Shown: in pieces, positions 40,511-55,348 of the stretch
Layout of the letters: each line of letters starts with the position of its first letter
Position numbering within the stretch: the stretch's first letter is position 1
Assembly: GCA_951406725.2 (NCBI GenBank)
Contig: OX597828.1
Span: 20,212,001-20,276,000, forward strand
Direction: 5' to 3'
Length of the DNA: 64,000 nt
DNA from: Octopus vulgaris
Lineage: Eukaryota
The notes under the pieces: generated by a model
What the model was told of the DNA's origin: nothing
What the model saw: the letters and a program-made list of their open reading frames with translations, nothing else
The model's database searches: none
Program-made: the position numbers and the translations under genes

Positions 40511-41879
40511 AGAGAATTAACATCAACAGTAATAACATGTCGTACAAGCACAACCATAACAAGAACAACAACAGCAACCACAGCAACTTATAGAAACTTA
40601 TTTTCTAAAATACCAATAAATAATGATTCCTTAGAATGGCTGCGAGGCACCTGAAAAGTTATTATGGGTTCGGAAAGGGGAGGAGAAAAGTGAAGACAAA
40701 GAGTGGGAGGAAAGCAGAAAAGAAGTTGATTTCTCTATAGAATTGATTCCAGCGATGTTTTTAAGGCTGAACATACAATGGCAAAGCTACAATATTTGAA
40801 AATAATTTAGGGCGGCACATTACCATATAATTTGGTACACTGATATCTAATAAGTTATGTTACCTACTTGTTAGATTTAATAGTATCAATCGTAGTATTA
40901 TGTCGTTTTTCGAAGTACAAAGCTACAAACGCGAAAGGCGAAAGGTAAAAGAGGCGAAAGGCAAAAGGGGAAATAGCATAGAATATGGTACATTTTTAAA
41001 TTAAAGTGTATAATCGGGATGGGACAATTGGGCGCAGCTGTTTGGACGTTGAGGATTTGGCGCGGTTGACTAGGACAATCTGTCTGTTTTGGAACCAGAA
41101 CTTCTTGTCATTGAAGGCAAACACAGACACAGGCACACACTCCAACAACACACACACACACACAGAGGAACAAACACACTCACACATAAACATATAGATT
41201 CACTGACGTACACCAACACGCATGCACACAAATATACACATACAGCTAAAGGAAGTGTGACTGAGAAAGTGGTAAGGCGAGAAAGGCATTACAATTTATT
41301 AAATGAACACGATGGATATAAAGACTTTCCTTTTCTTCATACACATACAGAGAAATATGCTCACAGACATAAACAAAGAGAGAAAGAGAGAGAAGTGTGG
41401 GGGAGTGAGAAAGAGAGGCGGGGGATGGAGAAGTAATGGGAGAGGAAGAAAGAGAGAGAAAGAGTGAGAGGAGAAGAAAGAGAATCAGAGAGAAACAGGA
41501 AAACAAGTGAAACATTAAAACATCTAATGTCAAGTAAGTCAGCGTCGAATCAATGGAGCCAACCAAGCGGCGCGAAGACGGCCGTAGCAAATGCCTCATG
41601 AATAATATCATTTAATAAAGCACCACTGATTATTAAAATACAATAGTTTCTTTTTTCTTCTTTAAGTGGATATAACAGACATTTGCTACGGTTCGTTCTT
41701 CTCTCCATGTTATACATAAACAATTGACATCGACGTAGTTTAGAAGACTTACTCTATTAAGGCATGCATGTCTCCAAAATTTGACATTTCATAGATTAGA
41801 ACAAAAATGTGCAGCAATAGTTATCTGGTGAAGCATATAAAACTTGCAGATGGTAACTACTATTTTTATACTCGTATTA

Positions 41880-42190
41880 ATTGTCAGAATTTTGTACACA
41901 TATACCATTGGGGATTGAGTTTGTGTGCTGTTGCTGCATGAAGAGACAAGGATTTTTATTAACGATTTTACTCACAATGTTCAGGTTAACCTTTGGCATG
42001 CCTGGACGTCCGTTTCATCCACCCTGGACATCATGTACAGAACCAATTGATTTCAATTTGTTCGGTAGTTTACATATCGTCTTTTCAGCTGGCTTTCCTC
42101 TCAAACTTATTTCTGTTTTCATTGCACTTCTTCCCTCCCTTGGGGTCGTCAGATGTCTATTGCGATACGCTCTCGTGAATATCTAACATC
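41880..42190 (-). mobile_element. Decayed Tc1/mariner-superfamily N-terminal HTH fragment
   Basis: Minus remnants KFERKAS..KTICKLPNKLKSIGSVHDVQGG*NGRPG..IVSKIVNKNP. Confidence 0.5.
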
Positions 42191-42464
42191 ACATATCGAG
42201 TGCTGTTACGCGCCCTATTCTAAAGGTTTGAAAATGTAAAACATGTAGTGGGTCATTTATATTCAACTAATACCTGATTGTGGCCAGCTGGTAAAATCGT
42301 CATCATCATCATCAACAACAACAACTGCAGCAATAACAACCCCAGGAATTTAGTGTCTCGGGTCACTAGGACTAATAATAGGGCTAGTTACCCGTCATAT
42401 AAGTGACCAAAATCAAACCACTGATTCGTGGCATCACTTCGCCGTAGGGCTATTCTTTTACAAA

Positions 42465-42905
42465 AAAGTGGGCCAGAACAAAGTGAAAATAATTGTATTG
42501 CTCAGGAATATAACCCACAAATCTATTCGGGATTCGAAATCTCGTGCATGCGATCCTGGACGCAACATCTTATGTACTAGGTAACGCGCCTTCCATAATC
42601 TTTAAAGCGTCGGAAACTAATTTTTTGCATTACGTCCGAAATTTCTACGTTCCGAGATTAAATCCCACCGAGGGGAAACTTTGCCTTTTAATCATTCCGG
42701 GGTCGAAGTACTGAGGTCAAAATAAGCCACTGAGCCCCGCCGTCATTTAAAACGGCCAGCCTTGTGCTTTATTCAGAAACCACTAAAGTAACAATTGAAT
42801 TTGGATTCCATGACCAATGGCGTGTTTTGTTCTTCAGCAAGACACTTCATTTCACGTCACTCCAGTCCACTCAGCTGCAAATAAGTTACTTTGCGACTGA
42901 CTGGT
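42465..42905. mobile_element. Cluster of old SINE fragments (families C and B)
   Basis: ttgctcaggaata...gggattcgaaatc (minus); aactttgcctttt...ggggtcga (plus); gttcttcagcaagacacttcatttcac (plus). Confidence 0.6.
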
Positions 42906-43780
42906 ACCCGCTGCAAGGAGTGGGGCTGATGGAGGGGATATTTTGTTCTCGGTCACTCATGCGCCATAGAAACTGGTTAGTTGGACATATGATTCCTGGG
43001 ACACGAAACACTAATATCCAGGTCTTGATGATGATGATAATGATAATGATGGCGACAACCGTGATGACGACGGTGATGGCGATGTTGGTAGTGATGATCA
43101 TAATGATGTGATGACAACAACGACGACGACGATGATGATGATAGTCATGACGATGATGGTGATGGAAATGATGACATTATGAACATTATGGACATTATGA
43201 GCATCACAACCGCCAATAACGACGCCACCGTCAACATCAGCGATGCCGCCACCACAAGCACCACCAACACCACCACTATCACCACCACCACCATCACCAC
43301 CACCACCATCACCACCACCACCACGAATAACAACAACAACAACAACAACAACAACATAACAACACTAACCGTAACTGTGCCACCAGAAATAACAGTAACA
43401 ATATTGACAAGAACAATAACAACATCTACACCACCAACGCCGTCAACTACAACAACAACAACAACACCTGCACCACCACCAGCAACAACAACATAAATAC
43501 CACTATCACCACCACCAACAACAGCGAAAGGAGAGCAATACCAACAATACCAAGCCAAATTTATATTGTGACATGTCCAGAATATTCAGTATAGAGAACT
43601 AACACGGAAAAGATTAATGGTGGTCCTAACAACACGCGATAGCAACCACCATCACCACCACCACCATAACTACTGCCACCAGGAAAACGAACCTGAAGCA
43701 CCATAATCGCCAACGCCGCCAACATCACTGTCATAACCACCACCGTGTTTACTACAACTAACACCATCCCCAAAACAGCT

Positions 43781-43895
<115 letters not shown>

Positions 43896-44547
43896 TGAGA
43901 GATAGACAGGTAGAGACACGGACAGAGAGAAAGGGAGATACATGCGTTTACGTTATATATATATATATACATATGTATATAATGTATGCCTATATATGTG
44001 TATATATGTATGCATGTATGCATGTATGTATATATGTATACATACATGCATACATGCATACATGCATACATACATACATGCATACATGCATACATGCATA
44101 CATATATGCACATATATGTATATGCATACATTATATATAAGCATACATACAATGCATGCATGTATATATGCATGTATATATGCATGTATATATGTATGTA
44201 TGTATGTATAATTGAGGAATATATACAAAGTTATTTAAACACAATATTGGGACGTTTGCTAGATTGGCAATTACTGAGAAAGCAGGTGGGTTTGAAACTT
44301 TTAGTGAGACACAAAGATGGGATTTGGTTAACGACCTTTGCCTTACAGGTATGATTTCTTCTCTATTGAGGTATATATATGTATATCATGGATGCATATG
44401 TGCACATGCATAATACACACACACACACACGCGCACACACATATAAGTGGGGATAGGTTGATATGAGGTGTATACATAAATGTTTTCGGCATATATTTCG
44501 ATGAATATATACATACATGTCTATAAATAAATTTACTTGTATGTATG

Positions 44548-44616
<69 letters not shown>

Positions 44617-44687
44617 TAGTGGACATTTAAACACAAAATAGGTGAAAATATCAGGACGCCTTTATATATATATCATATATAAATATA

Positions 44688-44792
<105 letters not shown>

Positions 44793-44883
44793 AGAGAGAT
44801 AATGCATATATATACATATGTATACATATATATATATATATATGTGTGTGTATATATATATATATACATACATACATACATAC

Positions 44884-44920
<37 letters not shown>

Positions 44921-45054
44921 GGGAGAGAGATAATGCATATATATACATATGTGTACATACGTAACTATAGTTATAAAGACCTGTTTGTATACTAATATGT
45001 ACATATAGATAGGTAGTTGAAAGGAAGATAAATAGATCGATCGGTAGATTGGTT

Positions 45055-45106
<52 letters not shown>

Positions 45107-45266
45107 TAGCTAGATAGAGAGAGAAATAGAGATAGACAGATAGTTAGATAGATGGATAGATAGATGGATATATAGATAATTGTGGTGGTTTGCAAATGAC
45201 ATACTTATACTTCTATGTATATATCATGTATGTAAGATAAATATACGTACATGACATGTAAATAAA

Positions 45267-45309
<43 letters not shown>

Positions 45310-45910
45310 GTATATATGTATATGCATATACAAATGTGTGCAACTGTGAGCGTGGGTACATGTGTGCGCGCGCGTGCTTGTGTGGTGAAACAACGTATCC
45401 AAATTCACTTTCTCTATCATACGTTCATCATGTAAACGAAATACTTAATGGTCTTTCATGCGTTCTGTATGTTCTACGCTAGCCTCTTATCATCCTTTCA
45501 GGCGTGCGTGTGTTTGTATGAGTGTGTCTGTATGTACGTATTTGTGTGTATGAATACACACACACATACACACAGACACACACACACATATATATATATA
45601 TATGCACATAGTGTATATTATTTGATAGAAATAGATGCACAGCTGCTATAAGTTGCCTTTATCGTAATTTCTCATTATATATATAAATACGTATATATAT
45701 ATATAGTGAGGGTTAGGTTTAAGGAGGAAGAGGAAGGGAGGGAGGGAGGGGAAAGGGAGAGAAGTAGGTATTGATGTACATATATGTATGTATATTTATA
45801 TACATACGTATATATATATACATATGCATATATATATGCATGCATATATATATCGAGATATATATATATACATATACATAGATATATATACGTGCATATA
45901 TATATATATC

Positions 45911-45952
<42 letters not shown>

Positions 45953-45961
45953 TATGTATAC

Positions 45962-46007
<46 letters not shown>

Positions 46008-46506
46008 CTATCCACACATATACATATCATAATAGACAGCAAAAAGGTTGACAGAGAAAATGAATATTATGTTCATATTCGCTGTGATATGGTAATGTAT
46101 TTATGTATTATGTATGATTGCCGGATGGCAGTAGCTGGACATGCATTTAATATGTAGATGAAAAATAATATTATAGAATAGAGAATTTTTCTGACATTTG
46201 GCCTTGCACAGATAACGTCTATTTGATTTACCCGTACAAACATATAAGGAACGTAAACACGTGAATACTCACGCATGCGCACATACATACACACAGGCAC
46301 AAACATATAGGTGTATACATAGAAATATAGGCATTATGGATAGCATGCTAACACGCATATGTTCAAACATACATAATAGTATGGAAATTTGTTTTCATGC
46401 ATGGGTTACTGGTAACTATGTGACTTAGCTGCGTATAAGCGCTAGTGCGTATGCATTTATATGTTATACACACACTCACACATATATACATATATATGTA
46501 TATTTC

Positions 46507-46543
<37 letters not shown>

Positions 46544-46863
46544 GCATATATATCCATGTACATACATAAACACATTGCGCGTACACACGCACACAGACAT
46601 ACTCACGCACACACACGCACACACAGGCACATATGGTTTGTGTGTGCGTGTATTAGGGGAATAGGGTGTTACTGGTATAGCATTTATTTCCTGATGTACA
46701 GCTGTTCCGAAAATGGACGGGTGACAAATCTTAAAACAAGTTGTTAAACATGAAAGTGAGCAATGATATTACCCCATTGATTCTAAGATTATATAATGAG
46801 ATACCCAAAGATAGTGCTCGCACGGTCGCTGCCCTGAGGTAACCGCGTATATATACATACATA

Positions 46864-46926
<63 letters not shown>

Positions 46927-47373
46927 GTGTGTGTCTGTGCGTGTCTGTACGTATGTGTGTATGTATATATATATATATATATATACATATATATATACAT
47001 ACACACATAACGTACACACACGCACAGACACACACATACACACACACACACAAATCAAATATACACGTATATATATAAGTATATATATATGTCTATATGT
47101 ATGTGTATGTGTATGTATATAATAGTGTCAATGACCTATAATCATGTAAAGGGATGCTAGCATCCTAGTTCTCCGGCTTTTCAATATGAAAGTTAAAATT
47201 AAATTAATCCAATTGAATTTCTGTAATTGACCTAATCGGATATAGAAACGGCTGTAGAACTGGAATTTCATTATATGGTTTTTGATATCTTTGAATAAAC
47301 TGATGTCTGCGTGTCAAATTTCTCCATTTTCTGCCTTTTCTCATTCTTATATACACAAGATGTATATGTATGA

Positions 47374-47448
<75 letters not shown>

Positions 47449-47950
47449 CATACATACATACATACATAAATACATACATACAAATACATTAATTTATATG
47501 TATATAATATATGCAAACATACAAACATACATACCTATATACATGAATATATTCGTACAAAAATGATCTTACAGAAGCTGTACGTTTTGTAGACATCTTT
47601 GACTGTCATTACAAAACGAAAGCAATGCTATATATTAAACAAATTACGCCGAAACGAGTAAAATAAATTATCATGTTACAAATAATAATCTAGTAAATAA
47701 CAGAATTCCTTTCAAAAATATATTGTTCAGTCATCTGTTATTGTTGACACAACTTTTACATATTTTGTTAGATAAAACATTTGCATACTTTTGTTGACAT
47801 AATACTAATCTATACTTGTTACAAAATTTATATATTTTGTAACATTATATTATTTTGTAGATATAATATTGAAATATTTTCGAAAATTAACATTTATAAA
47901 GTTTTATAAATATAACGTTAATATAAGATTTATACATTTGCTTTATCATA

Positions 47951-47990
<40 letters not shown>

Positions 47991-48061
47991 TGTGTGTACA
48001 TGTTTTTGTGTGTGTGTGTGTGTGTGTGCGTGTTTTTCTTTGTGAGGGGGCAGCATTGTAG

Positions 48062-48136
<75 letters not shown>

Positions 48137-48506
48137 TATCAAAGAAGGTAGAAAAAGAGAAAATAGAATGCAGAAATTTTAATAAAACCTTTATATTTCA
48201 GTCGCAAAGGCCCATCTTCAGACGAAAAACAATCTAGATTGTCTATCTCCGATGTTCTTAGCTTTTAGCCCTTGTTTGCCCATCACTTCAGTGATATTGC
48301 TTATAGAACTGGTGCATTCAGAAGAATGCTCCCCTAGTACTTGGACTTCTAAGCTTCAAACACGTCGAAACTATGACTCTGATCTCTATGGCCAATGAGA
48401 GGTTTTCCATGGGTATTTGTTCCTTGTCCTTCTCTGTTAATCGTTACCATGTTTCGTTTCATTGTACACACATGTAAATACATACATACGTACATACATA
48501 CATATG

Positions 48507-48604
<98 letters not shown>

Positions 48605-49168
48605 TGTATGCATATATATATGTATATATATACATACACATATGTATATATCTATATCTATCTATCTATATATATATATGTATATATATGTATTACATGC
48701 ATATAAGTGGGATGACCACTAAGTGGACATCCAGTATGCTAGATGTAGACCCCTTTACATCTCCATTGTTTTATTTCTTAACATACTTTTGGGTTCCGAT
48801 TCCAAATCCAGTGCGATCCAGCATCAATACAGTAAAATACAATTAACAGTCATATAAATGTTTAGTACATTTTAGTCTGTGTCCTCCTAGATCCATCCCA
48901 CCCTCAACTTGAATTCGCATGGCCTTATGTATATATTAGAAATGTAGTCAATTGGTAGAATCATTATGTTTTCAATCAAAATGAATAACCTTACGCCCTA
49001 AGTTCAAATATCGCCGAGGTCAGCTATGCGTTTCATTCTTTCGGGGTCGATAAAATGAAGAACCATTCAAGTACCATAATTAACGTAATCGCCCGGCATT
49101 TCCCTTCTTGTGCCTTTAGCAGACAAGATCATCATCAACAGCTTCATCATCATCGTCATCGTCGTCAA

Positions 49169-49243
<75 letters not shown>

Positions 49244-49244
<1 letters not shown>

Positions 49245-49618
49245 GTCATTTACTTTTAATCTGCATATTTGATGCAATCACTTGCCGGGGCACACCCAGC
49301 GCCCTAGGGCAAGTGAAGGTTAAGAGTTGTTGAAATATGGCTGAAAGCTAGGGGAGGGGAAGTAGAGAAATATCTCCATGTAATACAACACAAACATTTA
49401 CATTGATAGGGTTTTTCTAAGGATGTGGGCAGTACTTGTTAGCACAATCTTTTGGATTTCCTTGAGACATGGTTCTCCAGGGATATTGTCTAGGTGTTTC
49501 TGACATACCTTTTTTTATCATGCAATAACAGGAACAGTTTTTGTTTTAAGATTCCACGTCTTTTGTATTTCGATTTCCAGGTCCTTATATTTACGAAGTT
49601 TGTCAAATTCCTTTACAT
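49244..49618 (-). mobile_element. Dong/R4 3' fragment in (TAA)n (copies at 50999-51335 and 52616-52943)
   Basis: KEFDKLRKYKDLEIEIQKTWNLKTKTVPVI..QKHLDNIPGEPCLKEIQKIVLTSTAHILRKTLSM*. Confidence 0.85.
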
Positions 49619-49682
49619 ATTATTATTATTATCATCATTATTATTATTATTATCATCATTATTATTATTATAATTACTGAAG

Positions 49683-49959
49683 ACGCGTGTCTTAGTGGTT
49701 AGGGCATTCGGTTCACGATCGTAAGGTAGTGAGTTCAATTCTCGGCGACGCGTTGTGTCCTTGCGCAAGACGCTTTAGTTCACGTTGCTTCAGTCCACTC
49801 AGCCGACAAAAATGAGTAGTACCTGTTATTCAAAGGACCGCCCCACCCCTGTCATATTCTGTGTTACGTTGAATCTGCCCGAGATCTACGTTAAGGATAC
49901 ACGTGTTTGTGGACTACTCTACCATTTGCAAGTTCATTTCAGGAGAAGTCTGTTCCGTT
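49683..49959 (+). mobile_element. SINE family C (copy at 51400-51676)
   Basis: cttagtggttagg...gagttcaattc...gtgtccttgcgcaagacgcttt...ccactcagc. Confidence 0.8.
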
Positions 49960-50012
49960 GAGCTTCCTGAAGATTTCATTTGAATGAAACAGTTCTAGTC
50001 CTGTAGAAGCTC
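49960..50012 (+). ncRNA. Type I hammerhead ribozyme motif with closed stem III
   Basis: GAGCUUC-CUGAAGA-UUUCAUUUGAAU-GAAA-CAG-UUCUAGUC-CUG-UA^GAAGCUC; AATAAA at 50022-50027. Confidence 0.8.
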
Positions 50013-50093
50013 CTTCTATAAAATAAATTAATTTACTCTGCCATGTATTGAGTACCTTATTTACTGTGGTTAACCCCGACTCAACCCAGGACC

Positions 50094-50142
<49 letters not shown>

Positions 50143-50267
50143 ATTATTTGCCTAATAGTGGTTTTATCTCTAATTTAATATGATATAATATAATATAATA
50201 TATTTATACTATATAATTGGATTTAATCCTAAATCTAATTTTTCCCTGTAAGTTTGGATTTATTCCC

Positions 50268-50338
<71 letters not shown>

Positions 50339-50907
50339 ATGCATATATATATATATGTATATATATACATACACATATGTATATATCTATATCTATCTAT
50401 CTATCTATATATATATATATGTATATATATATTACATACATATAAGTGGGATGACCACTAAGTGGACATCCAGTATGCTAGATGTAGACCCCTTTACATC
50501 TCCATTGTTTTATTTCTTAACATACTTTTGGGTTCCGATTCCAAATCCAGTGCGATCCAGCATCAATACAGTAAAATACAATTAACAGTCATATAAATGT
50601 TTAGTACATTTTAGTCTGTGTCCTCCTAGATCCATCCCACCCTCAACTTGAATTCGCATGGCCTTATGTATATATTAGAAATGTAGTCAATTGGTAGAAT
50701 CATTATGTTTTCAATCAAAATGAATAACCTTACGCCCTAAGTTCAAATATCGCCGAGGTCAGCTATGCGTTTCATTCTTTCGGGGTCGATAAAATGAAGA
50801 ACCATTCAAGTACCATAATTAACGTAATCGCCCGGCATTTCCCTTCTTGTGCCTTTAGCAGACAAGATCATCATCAACAGCTTCATCATCATCGTCATCG
50901 TCGTCAA

Positions 50908-50983
<76 letters not shown>

Positions 50984-51676
50984 ATTATTATTATTATTGT
51001 CATTTACTTTTAATCTGCATATTTGATGCAATCACTTGCCGAGTTGTTGAAATATAGCTGAAAGCTAGGGGAGGGGAAGTAGAGAAATATCTCCATGTAA
51101 TACAACACAAACATTTACATTGATAGGGTTTTTCTAAGGATGTGGGCAGTACTTGTTAGCACAATCTTTTGGATTTCCTTGAGACATGGTTCTCCAGGGA
51201 TATTGTCTAGGTGTTTCTGACATACCTTTTTTTATCATACAATAACAGGAACAGTTTTTGTTTTAAGATTCCACGTCTTTTGTATTTCGATTTCCAGGTC
51301 CTTATATTTACGAAGTTTGTCAAATTCTTTTACAGATTATTATTATTATCATCATTATTATTATTATTATCATCATTATTATTATTATAATTACTGAAGA
51401 CGCGTGTCTTAGTGGTTAGGGCATTCGGTTCACGATCGTAAGGTAGTGAGTTCAATTCTCGGCGACGCGTTGTGTCCTTGCGCAAGACGCTTTAGTTCAC
51501 GTTGCTTCAGTCCACTCAGCCGACAAAAATGAGTAGTACCTGTTATTCAAAGGACCGCCCCACCCCTGTCATATTCTGTGTTACGTTGAATCTGCCCGAG
51601 ATCTACGTTAAGAATACACGTGTTTGTGGACTACTCTACCATTTGCAAGTTCATTTCACGAGAAGTCTGTTCCGTT

Positions 51677-51729
51677 GAGCTTCCTGAAGATTTCATTTGA
51701 ATGAAACAGTTCTAGTCCTGTAGAAGCTC
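51677..51729 (+). ncRNA. Identical second copy of the hammerhead motif
   Basis: Same 53 nt as 49960-50012, 1717 bp downstream. Confidence 0.8.
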
Positions 51730-51810
51730 CTTCTATAAAATAAATTAATTTACTCTGCCATGTATTGAGTACCTTATTTACTGTGGTTAACCCCGACTCA
51801 ACCCAGGACC

Positions 51811-51861
<51 letters not shown>

Positions 51862-51956
51862 ATTAGTTGCCTAATAGTGGTTTTATCTCTAATTTAATAT
51901 GATATAATATAATATAATATATTTATACTATAAAAAATTGGATTTATTCCCTAATA

Positions 51957-52012
<56 letters not shown>

Positions 52013-52073
52013 ATGCATATATATATATGTATATATATACATACACATATGTATATATCTATATCTATCTATC

Positions 52074-52106
<33 letters not shown>

Positions 52107-52581
52107 TACATACATATAAGTGGGATGACCACTAAGTGGACATCCAGTATGCTAGATGTAGACCCCTTTACATATCCATTGTTTTATTTCTTAACATACT
52201 TTTGGGTTCCGATTCCAAATCCAGGGCGATCCAGCATCAATACAGTAAAATACAATTAACAGTCATATAAATGTTTAGTATATTTTAGTCTGTGTCCTCC
52301 TAGATCCATCCCACCCTCAACTTGAATTCGCATGGCCTTATGTATATATTAGAAATGTAGTCGATTGGTAGAATCATTATGTTTTCAATCAAAATGAATA
52401 CCCTTACGCCCTAAGTTCAAATATCGCCGAGGTCAGCTATGCGTTTCATTCTTTCGGGGTCGATAAAATGAAGAGCCATTCAAGTACCGTAGTTGATGTA
52501 ATCGCCCAGCATTTCACTTCTTGTGCCTTTAGCAGACAAGATCATCATCAACAGCTTCATCATCATCGTCATCGTCGTCAA

Positions 52582-52615
<34 letters not shown>

Positions 52616-53324
52616 GTCATTTACTTTTAATCTGCATGTTTGATGCAATTACTTGCCGGGGCACACCCAGCGCCCTAGGGCAAGTGAAGGCTAAGAGTTG
52701 TTGAAATAAGGCTAAAAGCTAGGGGGAGGGGAAGTAGAGAAATATCTCCATGTAATACAACACAAACATTTACATTGATAGGGTTTTTCTAAAGATGTGG
52801 GCAGTACTTGTTAGCACAATCTTTTGGATTTCCTTGTGACATGGTTCTCCAGGGATATTGTCTAGGTGTTTGTGACATCCCTTTTTTTATCATACAATAA
52901 CAAGAACAGTTTTTGTTTTAAGATTCCACGTCTTTTGTATTTCTTTCATCCTTTCGGGCGCGATAAATTAAGTACCATTGGCGTACTGAAGTCGATCCCA
53001 TCGAATGGTCCCCTGCCCCACAAAATTTCATGCCTTGTGCCTATACTAGAAAGGATTATTCTTATCATTATTGTTGTTTTTGTTGGTGGTGGAAGTTTTT
53101 CTGTCCAATAATAGATGACACAAACGTAACAGCGCTGGATAAATTGTATTGCAATGTTTAGTTTCGTGCCCGTACGACCTGTGTTCAAACTCTGTCAGGG
53201 TTGACTGCGTATTTTTATGGTACGACGGTCGATACTGTTTAGGGGTTTGCGTATAACTGAAGTAACAGTACAAAAACAAGCGGAGGCACGGCAGGAGCTA
53301 CAGTAGTAACAACAGCAGCAGTCG

Positions 53325-53357
53325 AAGGAGGAGGAGGAGGAGGAGGAGAAGAAGAAG

Positions 53358-53390
<33 letters not shown>

Positions 53391-54080
53391 AAAATAAAAG
53401 CTGTAAATGAAGAAGAGGTAAATGAAGAAGAAGAAGAAAAAGAAGAAGAAAAGGAGTAAATGGAGAAGGAGAAGAAGAAGATGATGATGTTGATAATGAT
53501 GCTGAAGATACTAATGAAGAAGAGGAAGAAAGTGAAGAAGAAGTAAAAAATAAAAGCTGTAAATGAAGAAGAGGTAAATGAAGAAGAAGAAGAAAAAGAA
53601 GAAGAAAAGGAGTAAATGGAGAAGGAGAAGAAGAAGATGATGATGTTGATAATGATGCTGAAGATACTAATGAAGAAGAGGAAGAAAGTGAAGAAGAAGT
53701 AAATGAAGAAGAAGAAGAAAAAGAGGAAGAAAATGAGTAAATGGAGAAGAAGATGATGATGTTTATAATGATGCTGAAGATACTAAAGAAGAAGGGGAAG
53801 TAGAAGTAGAAGAAGAAATAAATGAAGAAGAAGAAAAAGAAGAAGTAGACGAAGAAGATAAAGAAGAAGAAGAAGATGATGATGATGATGATGAAGATGA
53901 TATTGAATAAGAGGAAGAAAGAGAAGAAAAAAATATGATGAAGTAGAAGAAGAATATGATAATGATGTTGATGATGATGATGATGAATAAAAAGAATAAT
54001 AATAATAATATGATGATGATGATTATGAAGAAGAAGAAGAAGAAGAAGAAGAAGAAGAAGAAGAAGAAGAAGAAGAAGAA

Positions 54081-54125
<45 letters not shown>

Positions 54126-54164
54126 GAAATCGACGATGATAAGGAGGATGATAATGAAGAAGAA

Positions 54165-54200
<36 letters not shown>

Positions 54201-54377
54201 GAAGAAGAAGAAGAAGAAGAAGAAGAAGAAGGAGATGGTAAAGAAGAAGAAGAAGAAGAAGAAGGAGATGGTAAAGAAGAAGAAGAGGAAAAGGAGAAGA
54301 AGAAGAAGGATATGGAGATGAAGGTGGGGAAAAAGAAAAAGATGAGGCGAGGAAGGAGAAGAAATTACAATGTGAAC

Positions 54378-54433
<56 letters not shown>

Positions 54434-54465
54434 TAGTAGCAGCAGCAGCAGCAACAACAACAGCA
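53325..54465. repeat. (GAA/GAT/GTA)n field containing a 156-bp tandem unit
   Basis: Unit starts at 53387, 53543 and 53699. Confidence 0.9.
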
Positions 54466-54534
54466 GTAATAACGTCAACAGCAAAAACAATAGCAACCTT
54501 AACAGCGGCATCAGTAACAGTAACAACAATAATT

Positions 54535-55348
54535 GGCTTTTAACCAAAGTGGCAAGGCCTGAAATTTAGAGAAAGGGGATAGTCGATTATCTCGACCTCA
54601 GTGTTTCACTGGTACTTAATTTATAGACCCTGAAAGGATAAAAGGCTAAGGAGACCTCGTCGCAATTTGAACTCAGAACGTAAAGACGGATGTAATGCCG
54701 CTTAGCATTTTCCCTCGCATGCAAACGATTCTGTCAGCTCACCGCCTTAAATAATCTTTTTCTATTATAGACAGAAGGCCTATAATAGAAAGGGGGATAG
54801 TCTATTAAATCGACCCCAGTTCTCAACTGGTACTTAATTTATAGGCCCTGAAAGGATGAAAGGCTAAAGCGATCTTGGCGGAATCTGAACTCAGAACGTA
54901 AAGACAGAAGTGTAACAATGGTTTCGAATTTTGGTTACCAGGCCAGTGATTCCAGGGAAGGGCGTAAGTCGATTACATTGATCCCAGAATTCAACTGGTA
55001 GTTGTTTTATCGACTCTGAAAGGACGAAAGGCAAAGTCGATCTTGCTGAAGTTTGAACTTAGAATGAAACATGGACGAAGTGTTGCTAAGCATTTTCTTC
55101 GGCGTGCTAACGATTCTGCTAGCTCGTCGCCATATTTAATTCAAATACTACTGGTTTCAGATTTTGGCACAAGGCCGGCAAATTCAAGGGTGGGGAGTAA
55201 CGTTGATTATATCAGTCCTAGTGTTTAACTGGTACTTATTTTATCGACCCGAAATGATGAAAAGGCAATTTGAGCTCAGACCATAAATTTGGACGAAATG
55301 CTTAGCGGCATTTTATCCTGTATGCTAACAATTCCACCAGTTCGCCGC
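54535..55348 (-). mobile_element. Four same-orientation SINE family B units in tandem
   Basis: Core (ctggtacttaattta...gaaaggat..aaggc...gaactcagaac) repeated four times about 200 bp apart. Confidence 0.85.

Larger units (their letters stand above)
48600..52943 (+). repeat. Recent tandem array of a ~1.7-kb composite unit (about 2.5 copies)
   Basis: Anchor aagtgggatgaccactaag at 48705, 50444 and 52118 (periods 1739 and 1674); copies near-identical apart from microsatellite lengths. Confidence 0.95.

Noticed and set aside
40996-41193. ORF containing WFQNR, like homeodomain helix 3
   Set aside because: Reads KFWFQNRQIV: invariant R53 and the basic tail are missing, there are no helices 1-2, the acceptor is weak, and the DNA looks like a transposon terminal region
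48188-48225. Minus-strand CTGAAGA...GAAAT-ATA motif (and GAAAC-GGCT-GTA at 47245-47256)
   Set aside because: Stems too degenerate or core half missing; not called as ribozymes
54535-55348. Regularly spaced repeats resembling a CRISPR array
   Set aside because: Units are ~200-bp diverged SINEs in eukaryotic DNA; no cas genes
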